Origin: Synechococcus sp.
GTDB taxonomy: Bacteria > Cyanobacteriota > Cyanobacteriia > PCC-6307 > Cyanobiaceae
DNA length: 64,000 nucleotides
NCBI GenBank assembly: GCA_047284725.1
Contig: JBJBEO010000001.1
Span: 1,368,203 to 1,432,202 of the forward strand
Reading direction: 5' to 3'
Shown here: piece after piece, positions 9,677 through 19,449 of the stretch
Layout of the letters: every line of letters begins with the position of its first letter
How positions within the stretch are numbered: the stretch's first letter is position 1
Notes under the pieces: generated by a model
Databases searched by the model: none
Told to the model about the DNA's origin: nothing
What the model saw: only the letters and a program-made list of their open reading frames with translations
Program-made: the position numbers and the translations under genes

Positions 9677-10832
9677 ATTTGGGCAATTCAGTGTCGAACA
9701 GGTTGAGCAACCGGTCGACGTTCTCAGGGGTTGAGTTGTAGCCCATCAGGCCGATGCGCCAGATCTTGCCGGCAAGGGTGCCGAGACCGCCACCCACTTC
9801 AATGCCGTGCTGGTTCAAGAGGTGCTGGGAGAAGGCCTTTCCATCAACACCATCGGGAATACGCACCGTGGTGAGCGTGGGGAGGCGAAGAGACTCGGGT
9901 GCATGCAGGACCAGACCCATGCTCTCGAGACCCGACCAGAGTGCCTCGGCATTGCGACGGTGGCGGGCCCAGGCCTGTTCCAGGCCTTCCTCGGCAAGGA
10001 GCCGAAGCGCTTCCCGCATCCCGAAGTTCATGTTCACGGGCGCTGTGTGGTGATAGACGCGATCACTGCCCCAGTACTGGTTGAGGAGAGAGACATCGAG
10101 ATACCAGTTGGGTACCTTGTCTTTTCGCGATGACAGCTTCTCTTCAGCTCTTGGACCCATGGTGAATGGGCCGAGGCCGGGGGGGCAGCTCAAACCTTTT
10201 TGGCTGCAGCTGTAGGCGAGGTCCACCTTCCATTCATCCAGGAACAGAGGAACTCCACCCAGAGAGGTGACCGTGTCGAGCAAGAGCAAACAGTTGTGCT
10301 GACGGCAGAGATCACCAATGCCATCCATGGGCTGGCAAATCCCAGTGGACGTTTCAGCGTGAACCAGCGCAAGGATGGCTGGCTTGTGCTCAATCAGGGC
10401 CGCTTCGAGTTCTTCAAGCGAGAACGCTTCCCCCCAGGGCTTCTCCACCACACGCACATCAGCGCGATAGCGGCCCGCCATATCAACGAGGCGATTGCCG
10501 AAATAGCCCTTCACAGCCACCAGAACCCTGTCGCCCGGTTCCACCGTGTTGGCGAGGGTGGCCTCCATGGCAGAACTGCCGGTGCCGCTCATGGGCAGTG
10601 TGAGTCGGTTGTCTGTCTGCCAGGCGTAACGGAGAAGCTCCTGCACTTCAGCCATCAGCTCCACGTACAGAGGGTCGAGGTGACCGATCGGCGTCCGGGA
10701 GAGGGCTTGAAGAACGGTGGGGTGGGCATTCGAGGGGCCTGGCCCCAGGAGCAGACGGTCAGGCGTCGCGATCGGCGCAAGGGAGCTGCGATGGCACTGG
10801 TCAACCGTAGGAAGCAGGTGCTGTGTCGCCAA
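9648..10832 (-). CDS. Alanine-glyoxylate / serine-pyruvate aminotransferase (class V)
   Basis: LLGPGPS, HAETSTG, SCSQKGLSCPPG. Confidence 0.92.
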   Translation of the reverse strand: MATQHLLPTVDQCHRSSLAPIATPDRLLLGPGPSNAHPTVLQALSRTPIGHLDPLYVELMAEVQELLRYAWQTDNRLTLPMSGTGSSAMEATLANTVEPGDRVLVAVKGYFGNRLVDMAGRYRADVRVVEKPWGEAFSLEELEAALIEHKPAILALVHAETSTGICQPMDGIGDLCRQHNCLLLLDTVTSLGGVPLFLDEWKVDLAYSCSQKGLSCPPGLGPFTMGPRAEEKLSSRKDKVPNWYLDVSLLNQYWGSDRVYHHTAPVNMNFGMREALRLLAEEGLEQAWARHRRNAEALWSGLESMGLVLHAPESLRLPTLTTVRIPDGVDGKAFSQHLLNQHGIEVGGGLGTLAGKIWRIGLMGYNSTPENVDRLLNLFDTELPKFSKTSVAAA

Positions 10833-10912
10833 AGCCTGAGAAGCAGTTCGAGGCGATCAGCCTACGCAGTCGGGACTCTTCACCAGGCTTTGATTCAGGG
10901 ATTGCAACGCGA

Positions 10913-11437
10913 TCAGCGCTGACGAATATCAGAAGCAGCGAGTCCTTCAGCCATGTGATCAAACGGTTGACGGACAACTGAGCATTGTCCGATCGCGACT
11001 CCTGCAGCCACAAGCATTTCGCAGAGCACATCCGCCAGGAGCACGATGCTGCGCACAGTGGGTCCCGTAGGCACCCCAAGACTTTTGTAAGTGTCGTCGA
11101 GACCGTTCAGCACCCGCTCATTGAGGATGGTGCTGTCGCCTGCGACCAGGGCGTAACTGGCGTAGCGAAGGAAATAATCCATGTCGCGCAGGCAGGCCGC
11201 CAGACGACGCGTGGTGTAGGCGTTCCCTCCTGGCAGCAAGAGTTCTGGATCCCCCTCAAAAAGCCTCTGACTGGCTTCCCGAACAATCTCCGCCGCCTCA
11301 CGGTTGATCACCTCAACAGCCTGAAGACGCAGAGAGGCTTCGCCCAGATAGCCATCGATGCTGTCCATGGCAGTGCGATCGAGGTAGCGACCAAGCTGGT
11401 CGTAGCGACCGATCAACCCGGTGATGGCATCACGCAT
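10913..11437 (-). CDS. apcF: Allophycocyanin beta-18 subunit
   Basis: MRDAIT..., GGNAYTTRRLAACLRDMDYFLRYASYAL; divergent from glnA. Confidence 0.95.
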   Translation of the reverse strand: MRDAITGLIGRYDQLGRYLDRTAMDSIDGYLGEASLRLQAVEVINREAAEIVREASQRLFEGDPELLLPGGNAYTTRRLAACLRDMDYFLRYASYALVAGDSTILNERVLNGLDDTYKSLGVPTGPTVRSIVLLADVLCEMLVAAGVAIGQCSVVRQPFDHMAEGLAASDIRQR

Positions 11438-11580
11438 GGCGAGGGCATAGACGATGTCAGGGTGAAACGTAACACCAGCAACAAGGGCAGAACCCGGCTG
11501 GGAGCTGCGATGTGCCCAAGTTGACAGAAACGGTTACCAAGCGGCGAATGTCAAGCACGCAGGCCGGCCCAGCGAAAAAA

Positions 11581-11623
11581 TGTGCCAATTGATACAAAAC
11601 AGCCCCAAAGGCCTGTTTACGGT
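11581..11623 (+). promoter_or_regulatory. NtcA-activated glnA promoter
   Basis: TGTG-CCAATTGA-TACA (11581-11596) with A-rich flanks; TACGGT -10 box (11618-11623) 22 nt after the TAC. Confidence 0.8.
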
Positions 11624-11659
11624 CGCGCAGTCACATGAAGGTGAGCCTCTCGGGATCCC

Positions 11660-13081
11660 ATGGGTAAGACCGCACAGGACGTTCTCAGCACAATTAAGAA
11701 CGAAGGCATTGAACTGATTGACCTCAAGTTCACTGACCTGCACGGCAAGTGGCAGCACCTCACCGTCTGCGCTGACCTGGTCGACGAAGACGCCTTCACC
11801 GAAGGCCTTGCTTTCGATGGCTCATCCATCCGCGGCTGGAAAGGCATTCAGGCCTCCGACATGGCCATGGTGCCGGACGCCGACACCGCTTGGGTGGATC
11901 CGTTCTATCGGCACAAAACCCTGAGCATGATCTGCTCGATTCAGGAGCCACGCACCGGCCAGCCCTACGAGCGCTGCCCCCGCGCCCTCGCCCAGCGAGC
12001 TCTGAATTATTTGTCCAGCACAGGCCTGGCCGACATGGCCTTCTTCGGGCCGGAGCCGGAATTCTTCCTCTTCGACGACGTCCGCTACAACTCGGCCGAA
12101 GGCGGCTCCTTCTACAGCGTCGACACGATCGAAGCAGGCTGGAACACAGGACGCATCGAGGAAGGTGGCAACCTCGCCTACAAAATTCAGGAAAAAGAGG
12201 GCTACTTCCCTGTCTCTCCCAACGACACAGCCCAGGACATCCGCTCGGAGATGCTTCTGCTGATGGGGCAGCTGGGCATCCCCACTGAGAAGCACCACCA
12301 CGAGGTGGCTGGTGCAGGGCAGCACGAGCTCGGCATGAAATTTGCCGAGCTGATCCAAGCGGCCGACAACGTGATGACTTACAAGTACGTCGTCCGCAAC
12401 GTGGCCAAGAAGTACGGCAAGACGGCCACCTTCATGCCCAAGCCCGTGTTCAACGACAACGGTTCCGGCATGCACGTGCACCAGAGTCTGTGGAAGGGAG
12501 GACAGCCGCTGTTCTTCGGCGAAGGCACCTACGCGAACCTGTCGCAGACTGCCCGCTGGTACATCGGCGGCATTCTCAAGCACGCCCCTTCATTCCTGGC
12601 CTTCACCAACCCCACCACCAACAGCTACAAGCGTCTGGTGCCCGGTTTTGAAGCTCCGGTCAACCTCGTTTACTCAGAGGGCAACCGCTCTGCCGCCGTT
12701 CGGATTCCACTCACCGGCCCGAGCCCGAAAGCCAAGCGCCTCGAATTCCGTTCGGGTGACGCCCTGGCCAATCCTTATCTGGCCTTCAGCGCGATGATGA
12801 TGGCCGGTATTGACGGCATCAAGAACCAGATTGATCCAGGCGATGGCGAAGATCGCGACCTGTTCGAACTTCCGGCTGACGAGCTCTCGAAGATCGCCAC
12901 GGTTCCCGCCTCCCTGAACGGTGCCTTGGAAGCGCTGCGTGCAGACCACCACTACCTGCTCGAAGGCGGTGTGTTCACCAAGGATTTCATCGACAACTGG
13001 ATCGACATCAAGTACGAGGAAGTGCAGCAGCTGCGCCAGCGTCCCCATCCTCACGAGTTCACCATGTACTACGACGCCTGA
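11660..13081 (+). CDS. glnA: Glutamine synthetase type I
   Basis: [38 protein letters not shown]. Confidence 0.99.
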   Translation: MGKTAQDVLSTIKNEGIELIDLKFTDLHGKWQHLTVCADLVDEDAFTEGLAFDGSSIRGWKGIQASDMAMVPDADTAWVDPFYRHKTLSMICSIQEPRTGQPYERCPRALAQRALNYLSSTGLADMAFFGPEPEFFLFDDVRYNSAEGGSFYSVDTIEAGWNTGRIEEGGNLAYKIQEKEGYFPVSPNDTAQDIRSEMLLLMGQLGIPTEKHHHEVAGAGQHELGMKFAELIQAADNVMTYKYVVRNVAKKYGKTATFMPKPVFNDNGSGMHVHQSLWKGGQPLFFGEGTYANLSQTARWYIGGILKHAPSFLAFTNPTTNSYKRLVPGFEAPVNLVYSEGNRSAAVRIPLTGPSPKAKRLEFRSGDALANPYLAFSAMMMAGIDGIKNQIDPGDGEDRDLFELPADELSKIATVPASLNGALEALRADHHYLLEGGVFTKDFIDNWIDIKYEEVQQLRQRPHPHEFTMYYDA

Positions 13082-13106
13082 TCCCAGGGATCGGTGCTAA
13101 GGCCTC

Positions 13107-13137
13107 AAAAAAGCCCTCCCAATGGGAGGGCTTTTTT
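13107..13137. terminator. Bidirectional intrinsic terminator
   Basis: AAAAAA-GCCCTCCC-AAT-GGGAGGGC-TTTTTT between convergent genes. Confidence 0.9.
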
Positions 13138-13158
13138 CTGCCAAACCGAAGACGCAAC

Positions 13159-13419
13159 TCAAGCGTCGTGGCGGAGCTGCATCAAAGCACTGTCATGCAA
13201 ACGGCGTTCACGGGCATGACGACGCGACCAGGCTCTCTGCTGTGCAAGAGCACTGGCCCCGTCATCGAGATCGGGATGATCCTCGATCTGAGCCAGGGAA
13301 GCCTGATGCAACACCTCCTCTTTGCCGTGGTGGTCAGACCAGGCAACAAATTCGACAGCGGCACGGCGATGACGATCAATCACATTGCCGATACGACGAT
13401 CAGAACGCTCAACAGCCAT
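13159..13419 (-). CDS. 86-aa hypothetical protein, candidate GS-inactivating factor (gif-like)
   Basis: AGGAGG 7 nt before ATG, upstream NtcA box and -10, shares terminator with glnA. Confidence 0.7.
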   Translation of the reverse strand: MAVERSDRRIGNVIDRHRRAAVEFVAWSDHHGKEEVLHQASLAQIEDHPDLDDGASALAQQRAWSRRHARERRLHDSALMQLRHDA

Positions 13420-13449
13420 GGGGCAGCCTCCTGGAACCTGCCTCCACTC

Positions 13450-13470
13450 TGTAACAATCGCTACAGAATA
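13450..13470 (-). promoter_or_regulatory. Perfect NtcA box abutting a -10 element (repressor geometry)
   Basis: TGTA-ACAATCGC-TACA at 13450-13465; minus-strand TATTCT at 13470-13465. Confidence 0.8.
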
Positions 13471-13604
13471 TGCCCTATCTTGGAACTTCTTCACAGGTGA
13501 TGGGCGTCCCTCCCCGAAGGAATCTCCGAAAAGCGACCAGCCCACATCACACCATCGGCCATCCATCCGTTGGAATGGGCATTCCCTGATGAAGTTCGAT
13601 CGCG

Positions 13605-14669
13605 ATGGCGTCGCCCACGCTCACAGAGATCGTCTACCGCACACTGCAGCAGAGTCGCAGCCTTGCTGGTGTCGCCCACAAAGAGATCAGCACAAAGCTG
13701 ATGGAGCTGGTCGCTCCAGATGCCACACCTCAGACAGCGCCAGTGTCCACCGACATGCTGCTGCAACTGCGGCAATCCATGGCAGACCTTGAAGATCTCG
13801 ATTGGCGCGAGGCCCAACAAGGTGTCTATCCCACCAACCAGCTGTTTGACCTCCCCTGGCTGGATTGGGCAACCCGTTACCCGAAGCTCTGGCTTGATCT
13901 GCCGTCCACCTGGCACCGGCGACGTGATCGCAATGTGCGTGATCTTCCCGACGAGGTCGATGCAGCAATTTATCCCGATTATTACCTGCAGAATTTTCAT
14001 CACCAAACGGATGGTTATTTCAGTGACCACTCAGCTGAGCTCTACGATCTCCAGGTCGACATTCTCTTCAATGGCGCCGCAGACGCCATGCGACGCAGGG
14101 TCATCGCCCCCCTCAAGCGAGGCCTGCGGCATTTTGATGACCGCCCTGCCAACAGCCTGAAGGTGCTGGATGTGGCCACCGGGACGGGCCGAACGTTGCA
14201 TCAGATCCGTGGGGCGGTTCCTGACGCGACCCTGATCGGTGTGGATCTGTCCCAGGCCTACCTGAGGCAGGCCAACCGATGGCTGAACCAGGGCAGCAAC
14301 AACCTTGTCCAACTCCTGCAGGCCAATGGAGAAGCCTTGCCACTCACGGATGCGAGTGTTCAGGCCGTGACCTGTGTGTTCCTCATGCACGAACTCCCGG
14401 CCGACGCTCGCCAGGCCGTGATCAGCGAGTGCTTCCGCGTGCTTGAACCCGGTGGTGTTTTCGTGCTCGCCGACTCCATTCAACTTCAGGACTCACCTGA
14501 ATTCGAAGTGGCAATGGATAACTTCCGAAAGGCCTTCCACGAGCCTTTTTACCGCGATTACATCGGCGACAACATCGATCTGAAGCTGACGCAATCAGGG
14601 TTTATTGGCATAGCCGCTGAATCCCACTTCATGACCCGCGTATGGACCGCTACGAAGCCATCCCAGTGA
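13605..14669 (+). CDS. Class I SAM-dependent methyltransferase
   Basis: VLDVATGTG, YYLQNFHHQTDGY, VFLMHELP. Confidence 0.9.
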   Translation: MASPTLTEIVYRTLQQSRSLAGVAHKEISTKLMELVAPDATPQTAPVSTDMLLQLRQSMADLEDLDWREAQQGVYPTNQLFDLPWLDWATRYPKLWLDLPSTWHRRRDRNVRDLPDEVDAAIYPDYYLQNFHHQTDGYFSDHSAELYDLQVDILFNGAADAMRRRVIAPLKRGLRHFDDRPANSLKVLDVATGTGRTLHQIRGAVPDATLIGVDLSQAYLRQANRWLNQGSNNLVQLLQANGEALPLTDASVQAVTCVFLMHELPADARQAVISECFRVLEPGGVFVLADSIQLQDSPEFEVAMDNFRKAFHEPFYRDYIGDNIDLKLTQSGFIGIAAESHFMTRVWTATKPSQ

Positions 14670-14742
14670 TCGGCATTTGCTGACAGCCAACTCAGACAGC
14701 GCAGCAACAGCCCATAAGGTGCAATGACATCATCACCCTGCA

Positions 14743-15066
14743 ATGTCCAATCCCTTCGAGGTGCGATGGCTCAAAGGCTGGATGTTCGAAGTGGTGTTGA
14801 TGGAGGGCTTTGTTCAGGTGGAAGCAAAAGGCTTCGGGATCTGCCTGCGGTCGCCGATGGATCCGGGAGAAACCCCGCAATCAGCAGCCGATCGACTCGT
14901 GATGGCTGAAGAGAAACGGCGCCTGTCACTGCAGAGCACTCCCCCGTCGTTCAACGTCAGCCCCTGGTGGCCTGAGCCACCCACCAACCGATCAACATTG
15001 CCGGTCCAGCCCAGCGCAGACCTTGCCAGAACCACCAGCCGGAGGCCGTCGAACCCAGAGCGCTGA
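14743..15066 (+). CDS. Hypothetical protein
   Basis: ATG ORF, protein-like N-terminal 65 aa; 3' end overlaps the convergent ORF. Confidence 0.55.
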   Translation: MSNPFEVRWLKGWMFEVVLMEGFVQVEAKGFGICLRSPMDPGETPQSAADRLVMAEEKRRLSLQSTPPSFNVSPWWPEPPTNRSTLPVQPSADLARTTSRRPSNPER

Positions 15067-15271
15067 GGAGATCATTCGCTTCAGCAAGCTGCTTTGCAAA
15101 AGCTCGGCGCTGTCGTCCGCGGCGTAGTGCAGGTGAGGATCGCGTCGTGACTCCTCTTGTGGCAACAAGCCGATGATTGAGCCTGCGATTGAGTCGGAGC
15201 AGCTGGTTGAGTGTGTGCAAAAGCCCGACGGAGCGCCTTTGAGCCGAACACCTCGCAGATCGCCTTATCAC
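14957..15271 (-). CDS. Hypothetical protein with C-terminal Trp-rich helix (start uncertain)
   Basis: GWWFWQGLRWAGPAMLIGWW. Confidence 0.5.
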   Translation of the reverse strand: MIRRSARCSAQRRSVGLLHTLNQLLRLNRRLNHRLVATRGVTTRSSPALRRGRQRRAFAKQLAEANDLLSALGSTASGWWFWQGLRWAGPAMLIGWWVAQATRG

Positions 15272-15321
15272 CTCAATTCCATGCGCAGGGCTTCAGGATA
15301 GGAAGGCTTCATAGTTTCACC

Positions 15322-15576
15322 ATGCGCGCAAGCCAAACAAGCTGGCCAACCGACGCAGCTCATCGGGCTCAGGAACTGCACGAGTGCCTTCGCCTCACGG
15401 ATCGCAACTGGCATCAACTCAAAAGCGATGCGGATCGACGGGCCGCGGAATTGCTCTCAGCAGCCCTTGTTCAGTTGCTTCAAGGGGGATCTCAGGACGA
15501 TGCCTGTGCACTGGCAGATCAAGGATTGCGCTGGCTCAAGCGTGACCTGAAAGATCCAGGCTGCCCGCACCGCTGA
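15322..15576 (+). CDS. Conserved cyanobacterial hypothetical protein (DUF6439-like)
   Basis: NWHQLKS...RRAAELLSAAL...DPGCPHR. Confidence 0.75.
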   Translation: MRASQTSWPTDAAHRAQELHECLRLTDRNWHQLKSDADRRAAELLSAALVQLLQGGSQDDACALADQGLRWLKRDLKDPGCPHR

Positions 15577-16045
15577 GCTCGGAAGCTGGACGCCCTGGTT
15601 TGCGGCAAGCCACCTGCAAGCGATTGCCTCGACGACTCCAGCGCACATCGTCGAAACATTGATGAATCAGGAACAGGCCTCGACCGCGATCGGCATCCAG
15701 ACAGGCCGGTAAGGCTCCGTCTCGTGCATGAACAGCCAGACCGCTGCCTTCATCCTGGATCTGCCAAACGAGCCAGTTGGGAGTGAGAATGCGCCGGACG
15801 CGCAGACACTTGCGCGTGTCACCGCCATTGCCGTGGCGCACAGCATTCACCAGAGCTTCCTGGAGGCCCAGCTCCAATCGGCATGCTGTTTCCTCGCAGG
15901 CCACAGGTTCCAACAACAACTCCAGAAGAGGACTGAGCTGAAGCGTGGAGGGAAGGATGAAATCAGCCCAGCGGAATCGGGGCACAGAAACCAATGAACG
16001 CCACCTGTCCGGAAAGGACACCAAAGTCTGATGGCCCGACGTCAT
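15536..16045 (-). CDS. RsbW-like anti-sigma factor / HATPase (PmgA-like; start may be 15994)
   Basis: LQEALVNAVRHGN, IQDEGSG, GRGLFLI. Confidence 0.85.
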   Translation of the reverse strand: MTSGHQTLVSFPDRWRSLVSVPRFRWADFILPSTLQLSPLLELLLEPVACEETACRLELGLQEALVNAVRHGNGGDTRKCLRVRRILTPNWLVWQIQDEGSGLAVHARDGALPACLDADRGRGLFLIHQCFDDVRWSRRGNRLQVACRKPGRPASELSGAGSLDLSGHA

Positions 16046-16103
16046 CGACAGAGCAGCACTCTTTTTTGACCATAACGGCAGAGACCATCAGTGCCACCAA
16101 CAA

Positions 16104-16823
16104 CTAAGACTTTCGCCGAGACACGAGCGACGGATGGTTGAGCAGGGCGTCCATCAAACGCACCCCTCTCAGTTGGTTGATCAAGGGCATATGGCCCTCT
16201 GGGGCTGTGATCAACCAGGTGAATGCTGAGGGATAGCGAGTCCAGACTCCGTCCTGTTTCCAGCCGATCCGAGGCCAAAGCTTTTCATAGCGTCCGTCAA
16301 AAGCGGTGAGAAGCCGAGCCTGAACCGTGAAACCGAAACGGCCCTGGGAATAGGCCGTCCAGAGCCTGTCGAGCGTGATCAGATCTAGCCCTTGCATCGG
16401 AGGCACTTCACTGAAGTACACGTAGCCCCGTTTCTCTGCATCAGGTCCAGCAAGCTGTCTGAGCACACGGCTGGTGAAACGATCGGCATCCTCAAACTGC
16501 TCGGCCAGAAGATCCCTCTGGAGCGGGCTGTAGTCGATTCCAACGGCCGAAGGCGTTGAAAACCATCCATTTGAGGACCCGAGCAAGGCAGGAAGCACCT
16601 GGGGTTGCTGACGTTGAAAGACCTGGAGCAACCATCCGGCGGCCCAATCGTCTCCATCACGATCAAATCGGTCCAGGGCCGCTGGTCCAAGGGCTGCCAA
16701 CTCCTCAGCTCGCGACTCAATGGAGGAGATCAGGCCACGGCGTTGTCGCGCCGATCCTGTGGAGAAACGCTCCAGCAGCAGATCGACACTGAGGTTGGTG
16801 GAAGAGGAGAGTCCAGAAAGCAT
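16104..16823 (-). CDS. GUN4 domain protein
   Basis: DRLWTAYSQGRFGFTVQ, APEGHMP. Confidence 0.9.
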   Translation of the reverse strand: MLSGLSSSTNLSVDLLLERFSTGSARQRRGLISSIESRAEELAALGPAALDRFDRDGDDWAAGWLLQVFQRQQPQVLPALLGSSNGWFSTPSAVGIDYSPLQRDLLAEQFEDADRFTSRVLRQLAGPDAEKRGYVYFSEVPPMQGLDLITLDRLWTAYSQGRFGFTVQARLLTAFDGRYEKLWPRIGWKQDGVWTRYPSAFTWLITAPEGHMPLINQLRGVRLMDALLNHPSLVSRRKS

Positions 16824-16863
16824 GGATCGAAGCCGGCTCTCACTGGCACGGCGTTGGCCCACT

Positions 16864-17940
16864 ATGTCAGGCATGGGCGCTTCTTTGACAACCGAGATCA
16901 ACTCCTTTCGCGCCGCTCCCGGGCGTTTGGTTGATGTACGCAGTCCTGGAGAGTTTCACCAAGGCCACTGGCCAGGGGCCATCAACATCCCGTTGTTCAG
17001 CGATGAACAACGGGCAGAGGTCGGCACCCTTTACAACCATGAAGGCCGTCAGAACGCTATCCAGCGCGGCCTTGAAATCGTGGGACCATCGATGGCCAGA
17101 TTGTCTGAAGCGCTGCAAAAAACTGGTGGAGAAAGCCAGCGCCTGAGGATCTACTGCTGGCGAGGGGGCATGCGCTCCAACAGCATGGCCTGGCTGGCCG
17201 ACCTGTCCGGGCTGACAACCCTTGTGCTCGAGGGCGGCTACAAGAGCTATCGCCGCTGGGTCCTGAACCAATTCAGCTTGCCCTGGCCCGTCAGGCTGCT
17301 GGGTGGGCGCACCGGCAGCGGCAAGACCGATCTTCTGCTGGCCCTTGCCGAGCAAGACGTGGCCGTCGTCGATCTTGAAGGGTTGGCCCATCATCGCGGC
17401 AGCAGCTTCGGAGGCCTGGGCTTGCCGGAGCAGCCGAGCACCGAGCACTACGAAAACCGCCTTGCCGAAGCACTGGATGGCCATCGCCTCCAGCGCGCGG
17501 AGGAAATCTGGCTCGAAGCGGAAAGCGCGCAGGTGGGGCGATGCCGTATTCCACGCGACCTGTTTCTGCAGATGCAGGCCGCAGAGGTCTTGGAGATCCG
17601 CAGATCGGAGCAGGAACGCCTTGATCAATTGGTGGCCGTTTATGGCCATCAGGGAGAGAAAGCCCTGGCCGAAGCAACCCAGCGCATCAGTCGGCGATTG
17701 GGGCCTCAGCGCACCCATCAGGCGCTTGAAGCCATCAAACGTGGCAACTGGCACGAAGCCTGCAGGGCCATGCTCGATTACTACGATCGTTGTTACGACC
17801 ACGAGCTGGCGCAGGCGCCTGAGCGACACAGCGTGGATCTTTCGGGCCAGGCACCTGAGAGCGCTGCCCGCAGGCTGGTGAAGGAAGGTTTGGTGCAACC
17901 CGTTCGATTGAAGGGACAGTCAGGCAACGCAGATCCCTAA
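16864..17940 (+). CDS. mnmH: tRNA 2-selenouridine(34) synthase
   Basis: Rhodanese YCWRGGMRS plus P-loop GRTGSGKT, HHRGSSFG. Confidence 0.93.
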   Translation: MSGMGASLTTEINSFRAAPGRLVDVRSPGEFHQGHWPGAINIPLFSDEQRAEVGTLYNHEGRQNAIQRGLEIVGPSMARLSEALQKTGGESQRLRIYCWRGGMRSNSMAWLADLSGLTTLVLEGGYKSYRRWVLNQFSLPWPVRLLGGRTGSGKTDLLLALAEQDVAVVDLEGLAHHRGSSFGGLGLPEQPSTEHYENRLAEALDGHRLQRAEEIWLEAESAQVGRCRIPRDLFLQMQAAEVLEIRRSEQERLDQLVAVYGHQGEKALAEATQRISRRLGPQRTHQALEAIKRGNWHEACRAMLDYYDRCYDHELAQAPERHSVDLSGQAPESAARRLVKEGLVQPVRLKGQSGNADP

Positions 17941-17967
17941 ACTCCTCATTTGGCAAAGCGGACCTCC

Positions 17968-18354
17968 ATGGCAGACGAGACCAAAGCAGCCATCCAGTTC
18001 TTCCGCGGCGTGAACGAACCTGTGGTTCCAGACATCCGCATGACGCGCAGCCGCGATGGCCGCACCGGTCAGGCCAAGTTTGTGTTTGAAGAACCCCAGG
18101 CCCTCGCCCCGGAGACCCTCGGAGACATCGCTGGAATGTGGATGGTCGACGAAGAAGGCTCCCTTGTCACCCGTGAGGTGAATGGTCGATTCGTGAATGG
18201 CAAACCCTTTGCCTTGGAAGCCACTTACACCTGGAAAACAGAAGCCGACTTCGAACGCTTCATGCGTTTCGCCCAGCGTTATGCCGACGCAAACGGAATG
18301 GGCTATTCCCAAAACTCCGACCAAGATGGTGGCGGCGGCGATAACAACGGTTGA
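17968..18354 (+). CDS. psb28: Photosystem II assembly protein Psb28
   Basis: [23 protein letters not shown]...[12 protein letters not shown]. Confidence 0.95.
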   Translation: MADETKAAIQFFRGVNEPVVPDIRMTRSRDGRTGQAKFVFEEPQALAPETLGDIAGMWMVDEEGSLVTREVNGRFVNGKPFALEATYTWKTEADFERFMRFAQRYADANGMGYSQNSDQDGGGGDNNG

Positions 18355-19439
18355 AGTTCCCCCAATGGATCGGTCTGGCGGCGATCACCGCCTCCTGCCT
18401 GCTTCTCTGGAGCCTGCGTGACGTACTGATCCTTCTCTTTGCCAGCATTGTGCTGGCAATGGCACTCTGCACCCTGGTCGGCAGCGTCAGGAAGCGCTGG
18501 CAGATGCCACGTCCACTCGCCCTGCTCGTGTGCCTGTTGGGGGTTGTTCTTGTGGTGGGCATCGGCCTTGCCGTGCTGGTGCCCCCCTTCATCAATCAGT
18601 TCAATCAACTGTTGATGAAGCTTCCAGCTGCAGCCTTTGAGCTCAAGCAGATCGCAATCTCCACCATCAACCACATCTCGGGGATGGTTTACGGACTTCA
18701 GGGGGCAAGCGACTGGAGCGCCCGCCTCCTGGCGAATGGCCAAGCAATCCCGGATGGAGCAACACTCGCGTCTGGCTTGAGCGGTGGATTGGAAAAACTG
18801 CTCGGGCTGGCCGGCAATCTTGGCTCTGGTCTCGTTCAGCTGCTGTTCGTCGTGGCGGTGACGCTGATGGTGGCTGTGCAGCCCAACGCCTATCGCGAGG
18901 TGGCCATTCAATTGATGCCCTCCTTCTATCGGCGGCGCACCCGCGACATCCTGGCGCAATGCGGTGAGGCCCTGAGCAGCTGGATGGTGGGGCTGCTGAT
19001 CAGCTCGCTCTGTGTCGGCGTGCTTGCAGGCATCGGCCTGTCCCTGCTGGGGGTGAAGCTGGTGGTGGCGAATGCTCTTCTGGCTGGATTACTGAATGTG
19101 ATCCCCAATGTGGGCCCCACCATGAGCACGATCTTCCCCATGGCCGTGGCTCTCTTGGATGCCCCTTGGAAGTCGGTCGCCGTTCTCGGTCTCTATGTCG
19201 TGATTCAAAATCTGGAGAGCTACGTGATCACGCCATCGGTGATGCATCACCAGGTGAAACTCCTGCCAGGTCTCACCCTCACCGCACAGTTTTTTTTCAC
19301 AGTGATTTTCGGCCCGCTTGGGCTTCTGCTGGCTTTGCCGCTCGCCGTGGTGTTGCAAGTGGTAATCCGTGAAGTGGTGATCCGCGACATGCTCGATGGA
19401 TGGAAGCGTCAGCGATCCGAATTTGGATCCGTTCTCTGA
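18351..19439 (+). CDS. AI-2E family transporter
   Basis: Multi-[18 protein letters not shown]. Confidence 0.9.
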   Translation: MKFPQWIGLAAITASCLLLWSLRDVLILLFASIVLAMALCTLVGSVRKRWQMPRPLALLVCLLGVVLVVGIGLAVLVPPFINQFNQLLMKLPAAAFELKQIAISTINHISGMVYGLQGASDWSARLLANGQAIPDGATLASGLSGGLEKLLGLAGNLGSGLVQLLFVVAVTLMVAVQPNAYREVAIQLMPSFYRRRTRDILAQCGEALSSWMVGLLISSLCVGVLAGIGLSLLGVKLVVANALLAGLLNVIPNVGPTMSTIFPMAVALLDAPWKSVAVLGLYVVIQNLESYVITPSVMHHQVKLLPGLTLTAQFFFTVIFGPLGLLLALPLAVVLQVVIREVVIRDMLDGWKRQRSEFGSVL

Positions 19440-19449
19440 CCAGGAGTTG

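Noticed and set aside
11469..11482. Second NtcA-like site GTA-N8-AAC near apcF
   Set aside because: Mismatch in one half-site and no properly spaced -10
13168..13500. Plus-strand 110-aa ORF after glnA
   Set aside because: Lies directly behind a terminator with no SD; promoter and SD evidence favour the minus-strand ORF
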